The notes: generated by a model not told the origin, from the sequence alone. Counted from the first letter of the stretch, positions 35,630 to 45,901 are shown. The stretch: 61,588 nucleotides of DNA from Patescibacteria group bacterium (GCA_038058635.1 JBBUAP010000004.1:97196-158783); one strand, 5' to 3'. Program-made: numbers and translations.

Positions 35630-38458
35630 CTATACCCCCTCGATAAACGTTTCTATGAAAGTATTAAACTTGGTCATCAGCCGCTTTACGACTGACTCCC
35701 GCTCAAGAATTTTTGGTTGAGTTGTTAGCGTCCCAACCAAATCGTTGCCACGTGGTTTGCGGCCGCTATACAAATAGTTATCAATTAAGCCCTGCAACTT
35801 TTCGGTCATGAGCCCCTCTTCGTTACACATCCGTTCAAATGCCTTGGTCTTTTCGTCACTCCAAAACTCTTCGAATTTAGTCTCCACTTCTTCCGAATCA
35901 GTAATCTTGGGAATGGTTTGCTTAATAAACTTCTCAATCAATTCCTTTTTACTACGTAATCTGTCATCGGCCGACATCACATTGAAAATATTGTTCAGAA
36001 TAGACTTTTTAGCATCTTCGGTGGCGTCAATAAGCCGTGCCAACAGTCGAATAATATAATCGACATTGATCTCATCTCGTCTTACTAGCTCCAGCTCAAA
36101 ATCCACATCATCCAAGATCGAGACTTTCTCTTTTTCGTGTTCGCTTCGAACTTTATCGTAAATGTCTAGATACTTACTGCGGAAGTCGACAAATGCTTGG
36201 GCCGAGATTGTAGTATCTTCGATTTTAAAATCGGTGAAGGTGATTAAGATGTTTCTCAGTCTCAATAGCTCCCGGAAATTGGTCACAAATTTTAGTTCTT
36301 GTTCTTCACCAACTAACAGATCAACGTCGGCCGGTGTTGGTGTCAGCTCACGAAGTTGCGCAATAGCTTCATTAAATTTCTCCACGTATTTCTCGTACGG
36401 CTCCATAAAGATTATTTCTTGGGCGTCTTTGTTACTAAACAGTGCGATCGCGTCGTCGGTTGCTTTCTTCAGATTGCGAAACACCACAATATTGCCTTGC
36501 GATTTACGCTCGTCGAGGATCCGATTGGTTCGCGAATACGCCTGCAGTAAGCCGTGATAACGCAAGCTCTTATCCACATACATTGTATTTAGCGTTTTGC
36601 TATCAAAGCCGGTCAAAAACATATTAACCACTAACAGAATATCTACTTGTCGTTTTCTAACCTTATCGGCCACGTCCCTGTAATAGTTGTAGAAACTGCC
36701 GCTATCCTTGGTAGTAAAGTTTGTTCCGAACTGTTCGTTGTAGTCAGCGATATAACTCTCCAGCCTGTCTCTTGAGTGTTGGTTGAGTTTACTGAACAAG
36801 CTCAACTGGATGTCCTCATCTAGCAGCCCGTTAGCGTATTTATCTTCTTCGTTGGCGCCGTAGCTAAATATCGTAGCGATCCTTAGCTTGCTCTCACTCC
36901 CAACTTGCTTGGCTTTAAAAATTTCGTAGTACTTTGTTAATATGTCCACACTTCCGACCGCAAAAATTGCGTTGAACTCCCGTGAATGGGTCTTGCGATC
37001 GTGATTAGCTAAAATATACTCGACAATCTTCTCCAACCTTTTCGGCGACTCCATTAGTTCTTTGATGTCAATCGCCTCCACTTCGATATCAACCTCGTTG
37101 GTAGTTTCCTTCTGGCGATACCGACCAACGTACTCAACCGAAAACTTCAACACATTTTCGTCATTGATAGCGTCGGTAATTACATACTTATGCAGACACT
37201 CACCAAACAAGTCGTGAGTGGTTCGTCGACCCAAAGCGTTACCGCTGGCATTTTCGGCAAATATTGGTGTACCGGTAAAGCCAAAAAGCTGATGGTTGGT
37301 AAAGAACTCAACAATTCGCTTATGGATCTCACCAAACTGACTGCGATGACATTCGTCAAAAATAAAGACAACTTTTTGATTACGGTGTTTATCCATCTTC
37401 AACAAATGCCGTTCGTTAGTAATGGCGTTGTTGAGCTTCTGGATAGTGGTAACGATTAGCTTGCTGTCTGGGTTACCAAACTGTTTTACCAATTGTCGGG
37501 TGTTATCTGTTTGGTCAACGCAATCTTCCTCAAAATTATTGAATTCGCGGATGGTTTGGGTATCTAAGTCGTTGCGGTCAACCACAAATACAACTTTGTA
37601 GATTTCCGGCAAGTCCACCAATATCTGGCTGGCCTTAAACGAAGTCAGTGTCTTTCCGCTACCGGTAGTGTGCCAGATGTAGCTGCCTTTAGTACTATTT
37701 TTAACTCGGTCAATTATCGCCTCAACGGCGTAGTACTGATACGGCCGCAGAATCATTAGTGTTTTGGTCTCGGCCAGAACGGTGTAGTTAGCAATCATCT
37801 TGGAAATGTGGCAGCGCTCCAAGAATGCTTCAGAGAACTTCGCTAAATCAGTAATTTTATTATTTTCTTTGTCGGCCCAGAACGAAGTGAATTTGAACGA
37901 TTGCCGGTGGTTATTGGAGTAGTATTTGGTATTAACACCGTTAGAAATTACAAAAATTTGGATGTATTGAAACAGTCCGTAGCTGGCGTCGTAACTATGG
38001 CGTTGGTAGCGGTTGGTCTGATTGAACGCTTCTTTGAGTTCCAGCCCACGGCGTTTTAACTCGATCTGTACCAATGGCAAGCCGTTAATTAGAATCGTCA
38101 CATCATAGCGGTTCTTGAAACTACCCTCATTTGAAACCTGGTTAGTAACCTGGAATTCGTTCTGACACCACTCGCGGCTATTAAAGAATTCAACATAATA
38201 ATTCGTGCCGTCATCACGGATCAGTCGCATTGTGTCGCGCAAGGTTTTAGCTTTATCAAAAACATTGCCCTTGGCGAGGTGGTTTAGGATTTTCTGAAAT
38301 TCCCCTTCGCTGAAAGCTGTCTCGTTATGTTTCTCGAGCTGGAATTTCAAGTTCGCTATCAGTTCTTTCTCGTCAGCCACAACCACCCGCTCATACTTCA
38401 TTTTTTGAAGCTGGGCGATGAGATTATTCTCTAAAGTTTGTTCGGATTGGATTTTCAT
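35630..38458 (-). CDS. hsdR: Type I restriction enzyme R subunit
   Basis: N-terminal nuclease region plus SF2 helicase motifs (HTTGSGKT, FDECHRSQ) and an HsdR C-terminal domain. Confidence 0.9.
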   Translation of the reverse strand: MKIQSEQTLENNLIAQLQKMKYERVVVADEKELIANLKFQLEKHNETAFSEGEFQKILNHLAKGNVFDKAKTLRDTMRLIRDDGTNYYVEFFNSREWCQNEFQVTNQVSNEGSFKNRYDVTILINGLPLVQIELKRRGLELKEAFNQTNRYQRHSYDASYGLFQYIQIFVISNGVNTKYYSNNHRQSFKFTSFWADKENNKITDLAKFSEAFLERCHISKMIANYTVLAETKTLMILRPYQYYAVEAIIDRVKNSTKGSYIWHTTGSGKTLTSFKASQILVDLPEIYKVVFVVDRNDLDTQTIREFNNFEEDCVDQTDNTRQLVKQFGNPDSKLIVTTIQKLNNAITNERHLLKMDKHRNQKVVFIFDECHRSQFGEIHKRIVEFFTNHQLFGFTGTPIFAENASGNALGRRTTHDLFGECLHKYVITDAINDENVLKFSVEYVGRYRQKETTNEVDIEVEAIDIKELMESPKRLEKIVEYILANHDRKTHSREFNAIFAVGSVDILTKYYEIFKAKQVGSESKLRIATIFSYGANEEDKYANGLLDEDIQLSLFSKLNQHSRDRLESYIADYNEQFGTNFTTKDSGSFYNYYRDVADKVRKRQVDILLVVNMFLTGFDSKTLNTMYVDKSLRYHGLLQAYSRTNRILDERKSQGNIVVFRNLKKATDDAIALFSNKDAQEIIFMEPYEKYVEKFNEAIAQLRELTPTPADVDLLVGEEQELKFVTNFRELLRLRNILITFTDFKIEDTTISAQAFVDFRSKYLDIYDKVRSEHEKEKVSILDDVDFELELVRRDEINVDYIIRLLARLIDATEDAKKSILNNIFNVMSADDRLRSKKELIEKFIKQTIPKITDSEEVETKFEEFWSDEKTKAFERMCNEEGLMTEKLQGLIDNYLYSGRKPRGNDLVGTLTTQPKILERESVVKRLMTKFNTFIETFIEGV

Positions 38459-40116
38459 ATGACTTCGTAATTGTCTTTGCCGATTGAATTGATGAAACAG
38501 GATGTTGGCTTGTCCTTGGTGTTTATCAGGTAAAGGCGTTTCTTTGTTCGTGTCAGCGCGACCAGCATCTGGTAAATTTCGCTCTCGTCCGGAGCGGAAG
38601 TAGTAGGGAGCTTCCCCTGGTCGAATCCTATTAAAAATACGACATCTGCCCCAAGCCCTTTGGATAAAAGTATACTCGTAACTGCGATCTCTAGATTCGC
38701 TAACGGACGTGGGAGGTGGTTAGTCTCTTCTCTTAACTGATTGGTTAGTATTTCCCTATAGTCCAACCTACTGCTGGAGATTAACCCTTCAAGCGAAGCT
38801 ATCGAGCTGTTAGCAATTTTAGTTCTCTCAGATTTAGATTTTTTAGTTAAACCGTTATGTGTTGTGGCAATTTTTTCTGACGTTTTTTTGAAATCCTCTG
38901 GGATAGAATTGATAAAGTTTTGCTTCTCATCTAATGATATCAATATGAGACTTTTTCGAGTTTCCTCGTCCAAGCTCTCTATCATCAATCGCCAAGCCAA
39001 TGTACTCAAAGGACTTTTCTTGAGCAGTTTAAGTCCCTCGATAATATTTGTCTTTAGCTTATAAACGTCATCTGTGAGTTTAGGATTATCGACATGTTTA
39101 AATCCTTTATATCTAAGCTGTTCTGCGATCACGGGGAGTAGATACTTGCACGTCCTAGCTTCGCCAATTACCAATACGGACTTAATCTTCTGACGCTCAA
39201 GAAGCTCGCTCAATTGATGAATAATCTTATTTGCAATGTCCGCAGGAACAACATTTTGCAAAAGAATGATACTGGGGTTCGCCTCGTTATCTTCTTTTTT
39301 CCCGGGAGTGTAGCACAAATATTCTTTTTTTATTCTTTCGTTGCCCAAGTTATTCAGTCCATATGCGTTTGCAATGCGGTGGAATGCGTTAATAATCACA
39401 TCTGTGCAACGAGAACAGAATCTGAGCGTAGTACTTAAATACTCTTCACCCGTAGCCTTATATTTTTCCCGAATAAACTTTGAAAACGAACCCTTGAAGT
39501 CGTAGAGCGCTTGGTCGTCATCTCCTACGATTAATATATTATTCTTTGTTGCTAGCAAGTCGATGAACTTGTCTTCAGTCTCATTCAGGTCTTGATACTC
39601 ATCAACTAAAATTAGATCATAGTCCGACGGAATCTTTTCTGGGAACTTTTCACCAAGCTTCAAAGCGTAGTGAATCGCATCCTTGTCTCCGATTGCCTTG
39701 TAGTAATTGCTCCTCGCTAGATATTCCTTGCTGTCTATTGAAACGTCCCGTAATCCCTGTAACGAGAGGTCGTAAGCAATTACATCATAGATCTGAGGGA
39801 AATATATCCAGCCTTCGCCAAGGAGATCTATCACAAACTTACGTGCGAAGCTGTGTATTGTCCTGGTTTCAGCCAGACCCGCTAGGTCATCAGCAAGCTC
39901 ATCGCATAATTTTCCCATGAAGGTAAGCGCGAGGAACTTTGACTTTCCTTCTTTTTTCTCTTTCCGTATCACTCTTTCAAACAAAAAGCTTTTTCCTGTA
40001 CCGGGTCCAGCGACGACAACCCTTTTTTTATGAACTGAGTTAAGAACCTTAGAGAGATCGTTCTGCCTTTCGGTTTCATGGTCGATTGGCGTCGTCACTA
40101 GCGATTCCGTCGTCAT
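38455..40116 (-). CDS. UvrD/Rep-like SF1 helicase-family ATPase embedded between hsdS and hsdR
   Basis: VVVAGPGTGKS, ILVDEYQDLN, VGDDDQALYDFKG, VVFLIGF and LVALTRTKKRLYLI. ATGA-type 4-nt overlaps occur at both ends. Confidence 0.75.
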   Translation of the reverse strand: MTTESLVTTPIDHETERQNDLSKVLNSVHKKRVVVAGPGTGKSFLFERVIRKEKKEGKSKFLALTFMGKLCDELADDLAGLAETRTIHSFARKFVIDLLGEGWIYFPQIYDVIAYDLSLQGLRDVSIDSKEYLARSNYYKAIGDKDAIHYALKLGEKFPEKIPSDYDLILVDEYQDLNETEDKFIDLLATKNNILIVGDDDQALYDFKGSFSKFIREKYKATGEEYLSTTLRFCSRCTDVIINAFHRIANAYGLNNLGNERIKKEYLCYTPGKKEDNEANPSIILLQNVVPADIANKIIHQLSELLERQKIKSVLVIGEARTCKYLLPVIAEQLRYKGFKHVDNPKLTDDVYKLKTNIIEGLKLLKKSPLSTLAWRLMIESLDEETRKSLILISLDEKQNFINSIPEDFKKTSEKIATTHNGLTKKSKSERTKIANSSIASLEGLISSSRLDYREILTNQLREETNHLPRPLANLEIAVTSILLSKGLGADVVFLIGFDQGKLPTTSAPDESEIYQMLVALTRTKKRLYLINTKDKPTSCFINSIGKDNYEVI

Positions 40117-41291
40117 ACAAACATCTGCTGGAGGAGGGCTTTTTTAAAACGCTTGGCTTGCTCCAGTTTACTTTCTTCTAGCTTGATTTTGTCATCGAGC
40201 GCTGTTAGAAATCCTGAGATTGCCACCTGCTCCATTAGGATGGGTAATAGTACTACTAACTTCAATAAACTACCCCTCTGGATGTTTGGTAATCCTGAGC
40301 CAACTCTCAATCGCATTATTTTCAACTGATAAAATTTCAGCTGTTGGTATAGAAAGGCTTTTTCAACATCAGGGCTCGGCTGGATTGTATAGCAGTGTCC
40401 ACCACTCCAAAACCTCTCAGTTAAATAGCCTACAAATCCACAAGAATTTCCACCTTCGCTTATAGTTATAGTATTTGCCTCCTCATTGAACTTGTCGGTG
40501 TAGCCTGAGGGTCCAATGCCTCCGTTAATCATAGGGTATTTCCCAGTTCTCGTTAGTTCAGATCCGTTCAGTTGAGCTCCCTTCGTTATCATTGCAATAT
40601 TCCCCAGTTTCTTTTCTTCCCAATCTGGGAAAGAATTACCACCTTCGTCCTTGAAGCGGAGTTTTTGGGAAAAGATGGCTTGCATCACCCCTTTTTTGTA
40701 CTTTTTCAGCAGGTCGATTCGTGTCCGCACAAGCTCAATCTTCTCGTCCACCGTAACAAGAAAGCTTCCAACCTTGCTTTGTTCGGCGATACCCGGGAGA
40801 CAAAGAGGGAAAGAGTTGAGGCGTTCTTTCGTTATTGTTTTAAGAGTTCCTCCTGGCGCCTTAACTTTCTCCCGTTCAAACAGCAAATAAACAGCACTGA
40901 TGAAGTAATCGATGTCCACGGGAAGAGTAAAGGAGTTAAACAATAGCAACGTCCTATCTACGTACGCGTCATATTGGGTTTTTGCAATTCGCCCGATTGA
41001 ACCCTGGATGGTTAATACAATCGACCCCTTCTTTACAAATACACTTAGATTTTGTGCAGCTTGGCTAATTTTTCGTTTCGTCGTCTCCTTCAGTTTTAAG
41101 TCAGCACCCACATCAAACACCTGAATGAATGGACTGCCATGTTCGTCGTCATACCATTTTGCGAGACCGTAAGGTTGGGGGAAGCTACCGCGTCTGTACT
41201 TTGCAACGTCGCTTAACTTGTGTTCCTGCCACTCACCACGAAACTCAGGAAACCGCAATTCAGGGGTTCTACTTTTTACTGTTTTTTGCAT
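40113..41291 (-). CDS. hsdS: Type I restriction enzyme S (specificity) subunit
   Basis: Two target-recognition domains separated by conserved helices (LPEFRGEW...; ...LEQAKRFKKALLQQMF). Confidence 0.85.
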   Translation of the reverse strand: MQKTVKSRTPELRFPEFRGEWQEHKLSDVAKYRRGSFPQPYGLAKWYDDEHGSPFIQVFDVGADLKLKETTKRKISQAAQNLSVFVKKGSIVLTIQGSIGRIAKTQYDAYVDRTLLLFNSFTLPVDIDYFISAVYLLFEREKVKAPGGTLKTITKERLNSFPLCLPGIAEQSKVGSFLVTVDEKIELVRTRIDLLKKYKKGVMQAIFSQKLRFKDEGGNSFPDWEEKKLGNIAMITKGAQLNGSELTRTGKYPMINGGIGPSGYTDKFNEEANTITISEGGNSCGFVGYLTERFWSGGHCYTIQPSPDVEKAFLYQQLKFYQLKIMRLRVGSGLPNIQRGSLLKLVVLLPILMEQVAISGFLTALDDKIKLEESKLEQAKRFKKALLQQMFV

Positions 41292-41883
41292 TATTATTTG
41301 CGTTTATTTGCTGTCTAAATTGTGCTATTCTGTATCCGCTGATATTTAGAATTAAAGCTATTTCGGAAGAAGTTCTTCCCTCCTTGATTAGTTGATCAAC
41401 TAACTCGAGGCGCTTCTGCTTAATGAAATATTCTTTGGTCCTGTAGTATTTCGGAAAGTCACTCCATCCTTGCATCTCCGACCACAGAGATGGGATAAAA
41501 TATGGTTCAACCAATTTAGGACCCGCAAATTGACCGTAGCCAAGTAACGTTGCTACTGCCTTTAGTAGTATTATCAGTAAACCTTTCAGGTCGTTTGGAA
41601 TCGACTTGAGAAGTGTTATTTCACTTTTTAGATAACTAAGTTGGTAGCACAGATAGTCGACGAACTTTTCGCTAGCTTGGATCTTTTTTACTTCAGCGAT
41701 AAGTTTGTCGATTAGTTTTAGTATTTGTTTGCGGAAGTAGTTGTCCGAATTGAATGCCGAGGCCATACCATGATAACCTCCATTCTCACCGAACACCGAA
41801 GTGAAGAAATGCTCCGCCATGATCCCGCTGAAGTAAGTTGATTGGGGGGTTTTATCGTTTTTACTATAAACAATCTTATCCAT
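41269..41883 (-). CDS. Hypothetical protein with a C-terminal HTH, embedded in the hsd operon
   Basis: 204 aa with a GRTSSEIALILNISGYRIAQFRQ HTH-like tail. Overlaps the hsdS start by 23 nt. Confidence 0.5.
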   Translation of the reverse strand: MDKIVYSKNDKTPQSTYFSGIMAEHFFTSVFGENGGYHGMASAFNSDNYFRKQILKLIDKLIAEVKKIQASEKFVDYLCYQLSYLKSEITLLKSIPNDLKGLLIILLKAVATLLGYGQFAGPKLVEPYFIPSLWSEMQGWSDFPKYYRTKEYFIKQKRLELVDQLIKEGRTSSEIALILNISGYRIAQFRQQINANNNAKNSKK

Positions 41884-41901
41884 GTAGTTAGTTCGGCAAG
41901 A

Positions 41902-42738
41902 CTATGCCGAGCCCTTCCTAATCAACTCGTCCATCGTTTTATTTTGGGCGTTCGTGAAAGTTAACCATGCATTAACACTCCTGCCGGTCGCGAAACTACC
42001 AGCATGATTTGGGCTTCTGAAGGGGACATTTTCAGTTAATTCAACAGTCTCACCTAAATCTTTACCGTATTTTCGGAATACTTCTTCCCGCTCTGCTAAA
42101 GACTTCGGCCATTCCTTACCCCAACTGGGTGCGTAACTCTTATCTATAAGTGACCCAACCAGAATAACGAATTTATCACCACGAAATTGCGCTTTGATAT
42201 CTGACTTTTTCGCCACACAATACCAAATATCTTCAGCTTTATCCTGTTTGGTTGAAAAAATGCTATAGCCAAGTGATTCTGCAATAAGTGCCACATCATC
42301 AAGAATTCTCTGCAAGCTATGGGTCTTAAATTCGTGCACATTATTACGAGCAGGAACAGTTTTATTAAGTATTTCCATCGCTGCTGACCCCTTAGCTTTT
42401 TCAACCGCTAGCGATTCCAGATACTTAACATCGCTCTTCTCCAAGTGGTTGGCGTTAGAGACAATAGCTAGCGCAATATCCCATAAGCCGGTGAGTTTGT
42501 CGTGGGTTTTAATTCGGTCGTAGAAGTTCTCACTCTCGCCAATATAGAGCTGGTTGTCTCCGGAGTTTATAAGTAAATACAAAGCTGGCTGCCTAAGCTC
42601 GTTGCGCTCCGTAGCATTATTAAGTTTAATTCTGGGAATAACTACTCCCTTGATTTGGCTATCCGATAACTCGATGATTCTCAAGCCCTCAAGGGTTCCG
42701 TCTGGCAAGTATGTTTGGATTAAGCGTGGAGTATTCAT
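41902..42738 (-). CDS. GIY-YIG-like / DUF4357-type protein embedded between hsdM and hsdS
   Basis: LYLLINSGDNQLYIGESENFYDRIKTH is GIY-YIG-like. The C-terminal FRSPNHAGSFATGRSVNAWLTF is DUF4357-like. The gene starts 1 nt after the hsdM stop. Confidence 0.6.
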   Translation of the reverse strand: MNTPRLIQTYLPDGTLEGLRIIELSDSQIKGVVIPRIKLNNATERNELRQPALYLLINSGDNQLYIGESENFYDRIKTHDKLTGLWDIALAIVSNANHLEKSDVKYLESLAVEKAKGSAAMEILNKTVPARNNVHEFKTHSLQRILDDVALIAESLGYSIFSTKQDKAEDIWYCVAKKSDIKAQFRGDKFVILVGSLIDKSYAPSWGKEWPKSLAEREEVFRKYGKDLGETVELTENVPFRSPNHAGSFATGRSVNAWLTFTNAQNKTMDELIRKGSA

Positions 42739-44295
42739 TTAAAATGGTCTATCTATACCAAGCTCCTTGGTAAATTTTTCAATTTTGGAGTTGATTTCCG
42801 ACTCTTGAGTGGTAATTTTTTTGATTTCGGTCGAGACTTCTTTAAGATCGATCTGCTCCTCCTCTTCAAACGTATCGACATATCGTGGGATGTTGAGGTT
42901 GTAATCGTTCTCTTTAATTTCCTCGATTTTGGCGACGTGGCTGTATTTATCTTCGTTCTTTCTGGCCTGATAGGTTTGGATAATTTTATCGATATCTTGA
43001 GCACGTAAATAGTTCTTGTTGCCACGTTTCTCAAAATTTTTTGAGCTGTCGATGAATAAAACATCGTCAGGGTGTTCCCGACATTTTTTAAACACCAAAA
43101 TGCATGCCGAGATTGACGTACCGTAAAATAGGTTTGGGGGCAAACCGATAACGGCATCGAGGTAATTCTTATCTTTAATTACGTACTTCCGTATTTGAGC
43201 TTCTGCGTTGCTATGGAAAAGGGAGCCATTAGACATTACCGTAGCCATGGTGCCGTTGTCGTCTAGCTGGTAGATCATGTGCGTGATAAAGGTATAGTCG
43301 GCACAAGATTTTGGTGCTAATCTACCATACTGACTGAAACGATCCTCTTGCAGGTGGTGCGCATCAGCTGACCAGTCTGAACCAAACGGCGGATTAGCCA
43401 CGATAGCTTCGAACCTGTGTTCTAGGTGTTGCGGATGCTCGAGTGTGTCTTCTTGTTTAATATCAAATCGGTCAAAACGAACATCGTGCAATATCATATT
43501 CATTCGCGCCAAGTTGTAGGTAGTGTTATTTAGTTCTTGACCGTAGAAGTGATCAACATCTTGAACGTGTCGGGCGACTCGAAGTAGTAGCGAACCCGAG
43601 CCGCAAGTGGGGTCGTAAACACTCTTGAGACGTTTTTTGCCGTCCGTAACAATACTTGCCAAAACTTCAGAGACTTCTTGCGGAGTGTAAAATTCACCGG
43701 CTTTTTTGCCTGCCCCAGCCGCAAACTGACCGATTAGGTACTCATAGGCATCACCAAGGACATCAACCTTGGCGTCCTCGAGCTTGAAGTCGATTTTGTC
43801 GAGATGTAACAGGACTTTTGAAATAAGCTTATTTCGGTCGGCAACCGATCTACCAAGTTTAGCGGCGTTGAGATCGATTTCGCTGAAAAGTTTGTCAAAA
43901 TCATCTTCACTGTCGGCACCCATGGTGCTGTGCTCGATGTTGTTAAGAATGCGCTCCAGTTCTTCAATGAGGTTTTTTGAGGTTGGGCTTTGGATGGCAA
44001 TTTGATGAAACAGTTCGCTTGGCTTGAGAAAGTACCCAAGAGTATCTATGGCTGCCTGCTTAACAGCGGTAACCATCTTCGCGTCTTTATCGGTTAACTC
44101 ATTCAGTTCTGCGTACTTTACGCCATCGGCCTTTAGCAACTTATCGGCAAACAGCTCTACCTTTTCAGAAAGGTATTTATAGAAGATGAAGCCTAGGATA
44201 TAGTCGCGAAATTGACCAGCATCCATATTCCCACGCAACTCATTGGCAATATTCCAAAGTTGAGTTTGAAGCTGTTTCTTTTGCTCGTCAGACAT
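42739..44295 (-). CDS. hsdM: Type I restriction enzyme M subunit (N6-adenine methyltransferase)
   Basis: HsdM N-terminal domain, DPTCGSGSLL (motif I) and IVANPPFG (motif IV). Confidence 0.9.
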   Translation of the reverse strand: MSDEQKKQLQTQLWNIANELRGNMDAGQFRDYILGFIFYKYLSEKVELFADKLLKADGVKYAELNELTDKDAKMVTAVKQAAIDTLGYFLKPSELFHQIAIQSPTSKNLIEELERILNNIEHSTMGADSEDDFDKLFSEIDLNAAKLGRSVADRNKLISKVLLHLDKIDFKLEDAKVDVLGDAYEYLIGQFAAGAGKKAGEFYTPQEVSEVLASIVTDGKKRLKSVYDPTCGSGSLLLRVARHVQDVDHFYGQELNNTTYNLARMNMILHDVRFDRFDIKQEDTLEHPQHLEHRFEAIVANPPFGSDWSADAHHLQEDRFSQYGRLAPKSCADYTFITHMIYQLDDNGTMATVMSNGSLFHSNAEAQIRKYVIKDKNYLDAVIGLPPNLFYGTSISACILVFKKCREHPDDVLFIDSSKNFEKRGNKNYLRAQDIDKIIQTYQARKNEDKYSHVAKIEEIKENDYNLNIPRYVDTFEEEEQIDLKEVSTEIKKITTQESEINSKIEKFTKELGIDRPF

Positions 44296-44336
44296 TACCC
44301 AAATTGTACTGCTAAACAGGTTGGATTCATAGCAAA
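44260..44336 (-). repeat. Copy A of the ~77-bp repeat (native hsdM 5' end plus leader)
   Basis: Aligns at a constant offset of 1565 bp with 45825-45901. The first ~50 bp differ at 3 positions. Confidence 0.8.
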
Positions 44337-44357
44337 AATCGTCCGTTCCACTAGCAA

Positions 44358-44645
44358 CTACCGCTTGATCTTTTCTTCAATCTCTAGCTCAGCCCTATTT
44401 AGAATGTTCTCTATCACCCAATATTTAAATTTCCCTATATCAAAATATGTGTATTGCTTGGAGTAAAATTCTTTTGTGTAGCCATTATTACTTATGAAGA
44501 TATTGAATTCATCAAATAGTTTTTTGTCATTTTCTGATAAGTTGTCTCTCACAATATAATAGTGAGGTATCTCGGCCATTGTTTTGGCAAAGACCCATTT
44601 ATTGTTGTCAATGAATTGTTTGAATCTGATTTCGTCGTTATTCAC
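44358..44645 (-). CDS. Hypothetical 95-aa protein
   Basis: ORF directly downstream of the 368-aa nuclease-like gene. No family recognised. Confidence 0.45.
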   Translation of the reverse strand: MNNDEIRFKQFIDNNKWVFAKTMAEIPHYYIVRDNLSENDKKLFDEFNIFISNNGYTKEFYSKQYTYFDIGKFKYWVIENILNRAELEIEEKIKR

Positions 44646-44658
44646 GATATGTTAATTC

Positions 44659-45765
44659 CTAATTCTCGGACGTCAGTGTCTCCTTAATCCAAGAACAGAT
44701 TAAGAAAAATTCACGGCGAGCATCATCTTTGGCGAGTGCACGAAGAGGTAATTTCAATCCGCTGTATCCATCGATATTATCTAAATCAACTATTGCGCCC
44801 GTAACTGATTGCAATCGTTGTAACAACTCCACTCGTTTTTCGGGCCTATCAAATGGTTGCGGGCTTTTGTTCCGTTGATGGGGAGCATTCCATGAAATCA
44901 TCGCGTCACCTGTCACCGCAAATGGATAAAATCCCTTTTTATCGTCAGTATTAAAACCAATAACAAAAGAACCCATTTGGTTTGTCATCCAATAAATTTC
45001 ACAATTATTTTTCCCAGCCCATTCAATAATTTGCTCGGCGGCAAATACTTCTTCTTCCCCGAAATCTTTCAAGCGTTGTTTGAATAATTCCCAATTCCAC
45101 AACTTTCCTGGCATCTTGTTAGTTTTTACGTCTTTTTTAACTTCAACACCAAACAATTTTGGAATCATTATTTCGTACTTTTCGAATTTATAATATTCCA
45201 TTTGGACGGCATAAATATCAAATTGGCTATTTTGGTTGATATAAACAATTAAGTCTTTCAGTCTGTCTTCTATCCCATCCATCAAAACTACAAATTTAAT
45301 GTTGCCTTGTTGAAGATTTCTTTTTATAGCTTCAAAGATTAAGTCACTTTGTTCTTCGTCGATCTCAAAAAACTCTCTTGTTTTTTCCTCGAAGCTGAGT
45401 TTGAATTTATTATTTATTTCATAATTTATTTTATTCATAAATTCGTTGCAATCGCTATGTCGCCAAAGAGAAGCACCATAATCAAGAGCTTGGGCGACCA
45501 CCGTCCTTTTATCGGGGTTTCTATATAATTTTGTTTCAACAACATAAATATCACCGTCTTTATCGATAGCCAATGCGTCAATCGGACCGGATTCGGTTGA
45601 GAATTCTCTTGCTACCACAAAAAGTTTTTTGTCATCTTCTATTTCGTAAACGGGGATCGACTCTGGGTTTTCATGGATATAATTTTGTAGATAACCTTCT
45701 TTTTCGAAGACAGATTTATCTATTTTTTGCGCTTTTTTGCCGTCTTGTGAAATAATAATCGCCAT
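44659..45765 (-). CDS. PD-(D/E)XK nuclease-like protein
   Basis: GPIDALAIDKDGDIYVVETKLYRNPDKR gives the D...E-x-K core. Confidence 0.5.
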   Translation of the reverse strand: MAIIISQDGKKAQKIDKSVFEKEGYLQNYIHENPESIPVYEIEDDKKLFVVAREFSTESGPIDALAIDKDGDIYVVETKLYRNPDKRTVVAQALDYGASLWRHSDCNEFMNKINYEINNKFKLSFEEKTREFFEIDEEQSDLIFEAIKRNLQQGNIKFVVLMDGIEDRLKDLIVYINQNSQFDIYAVQMEYYKFEKYEIMIPKLFGVEVKKDVKTNKMPGKLWNWELFKQRLKDFGEEEVFAAEQIIEWAGKNNCEIYWMTNQMGSFVIGFNTDDKKGFYPFAVTGDAMISWNAPHQRNKSPQPFDRPEKRVELLQRLQSVTGAIVDLDNIDGYSGLKLPLRALAKDDARREFFLICSWIKETLTSEN

Positions 45766-45824
45766 AGTTTCTAACTCTTTATATCGTCAAGGCTGGCTCT
45801 AAGTGTTTTGGAGTGATTCCACGA

Positions 45825-45901
45825 TTGAGTTTGGAGCTGTTTCTTTTGATCGTCAGACATTACCCAAAGTGTACTCCTTATATGGTTAGTTTCATAGCAA
45901 A
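45825..45901 (-). repeat. Copy B of the ~77-bp repeat (orphan hsdM 5' end: ATG 45860 plus ~12 conserved codons)
   Basis: The remnant reads MSDDQKKQLQTQ..., against hsdM MSDEQKKQLQTQ..., then diverges and stops at 45771. Confidence 0.8.
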
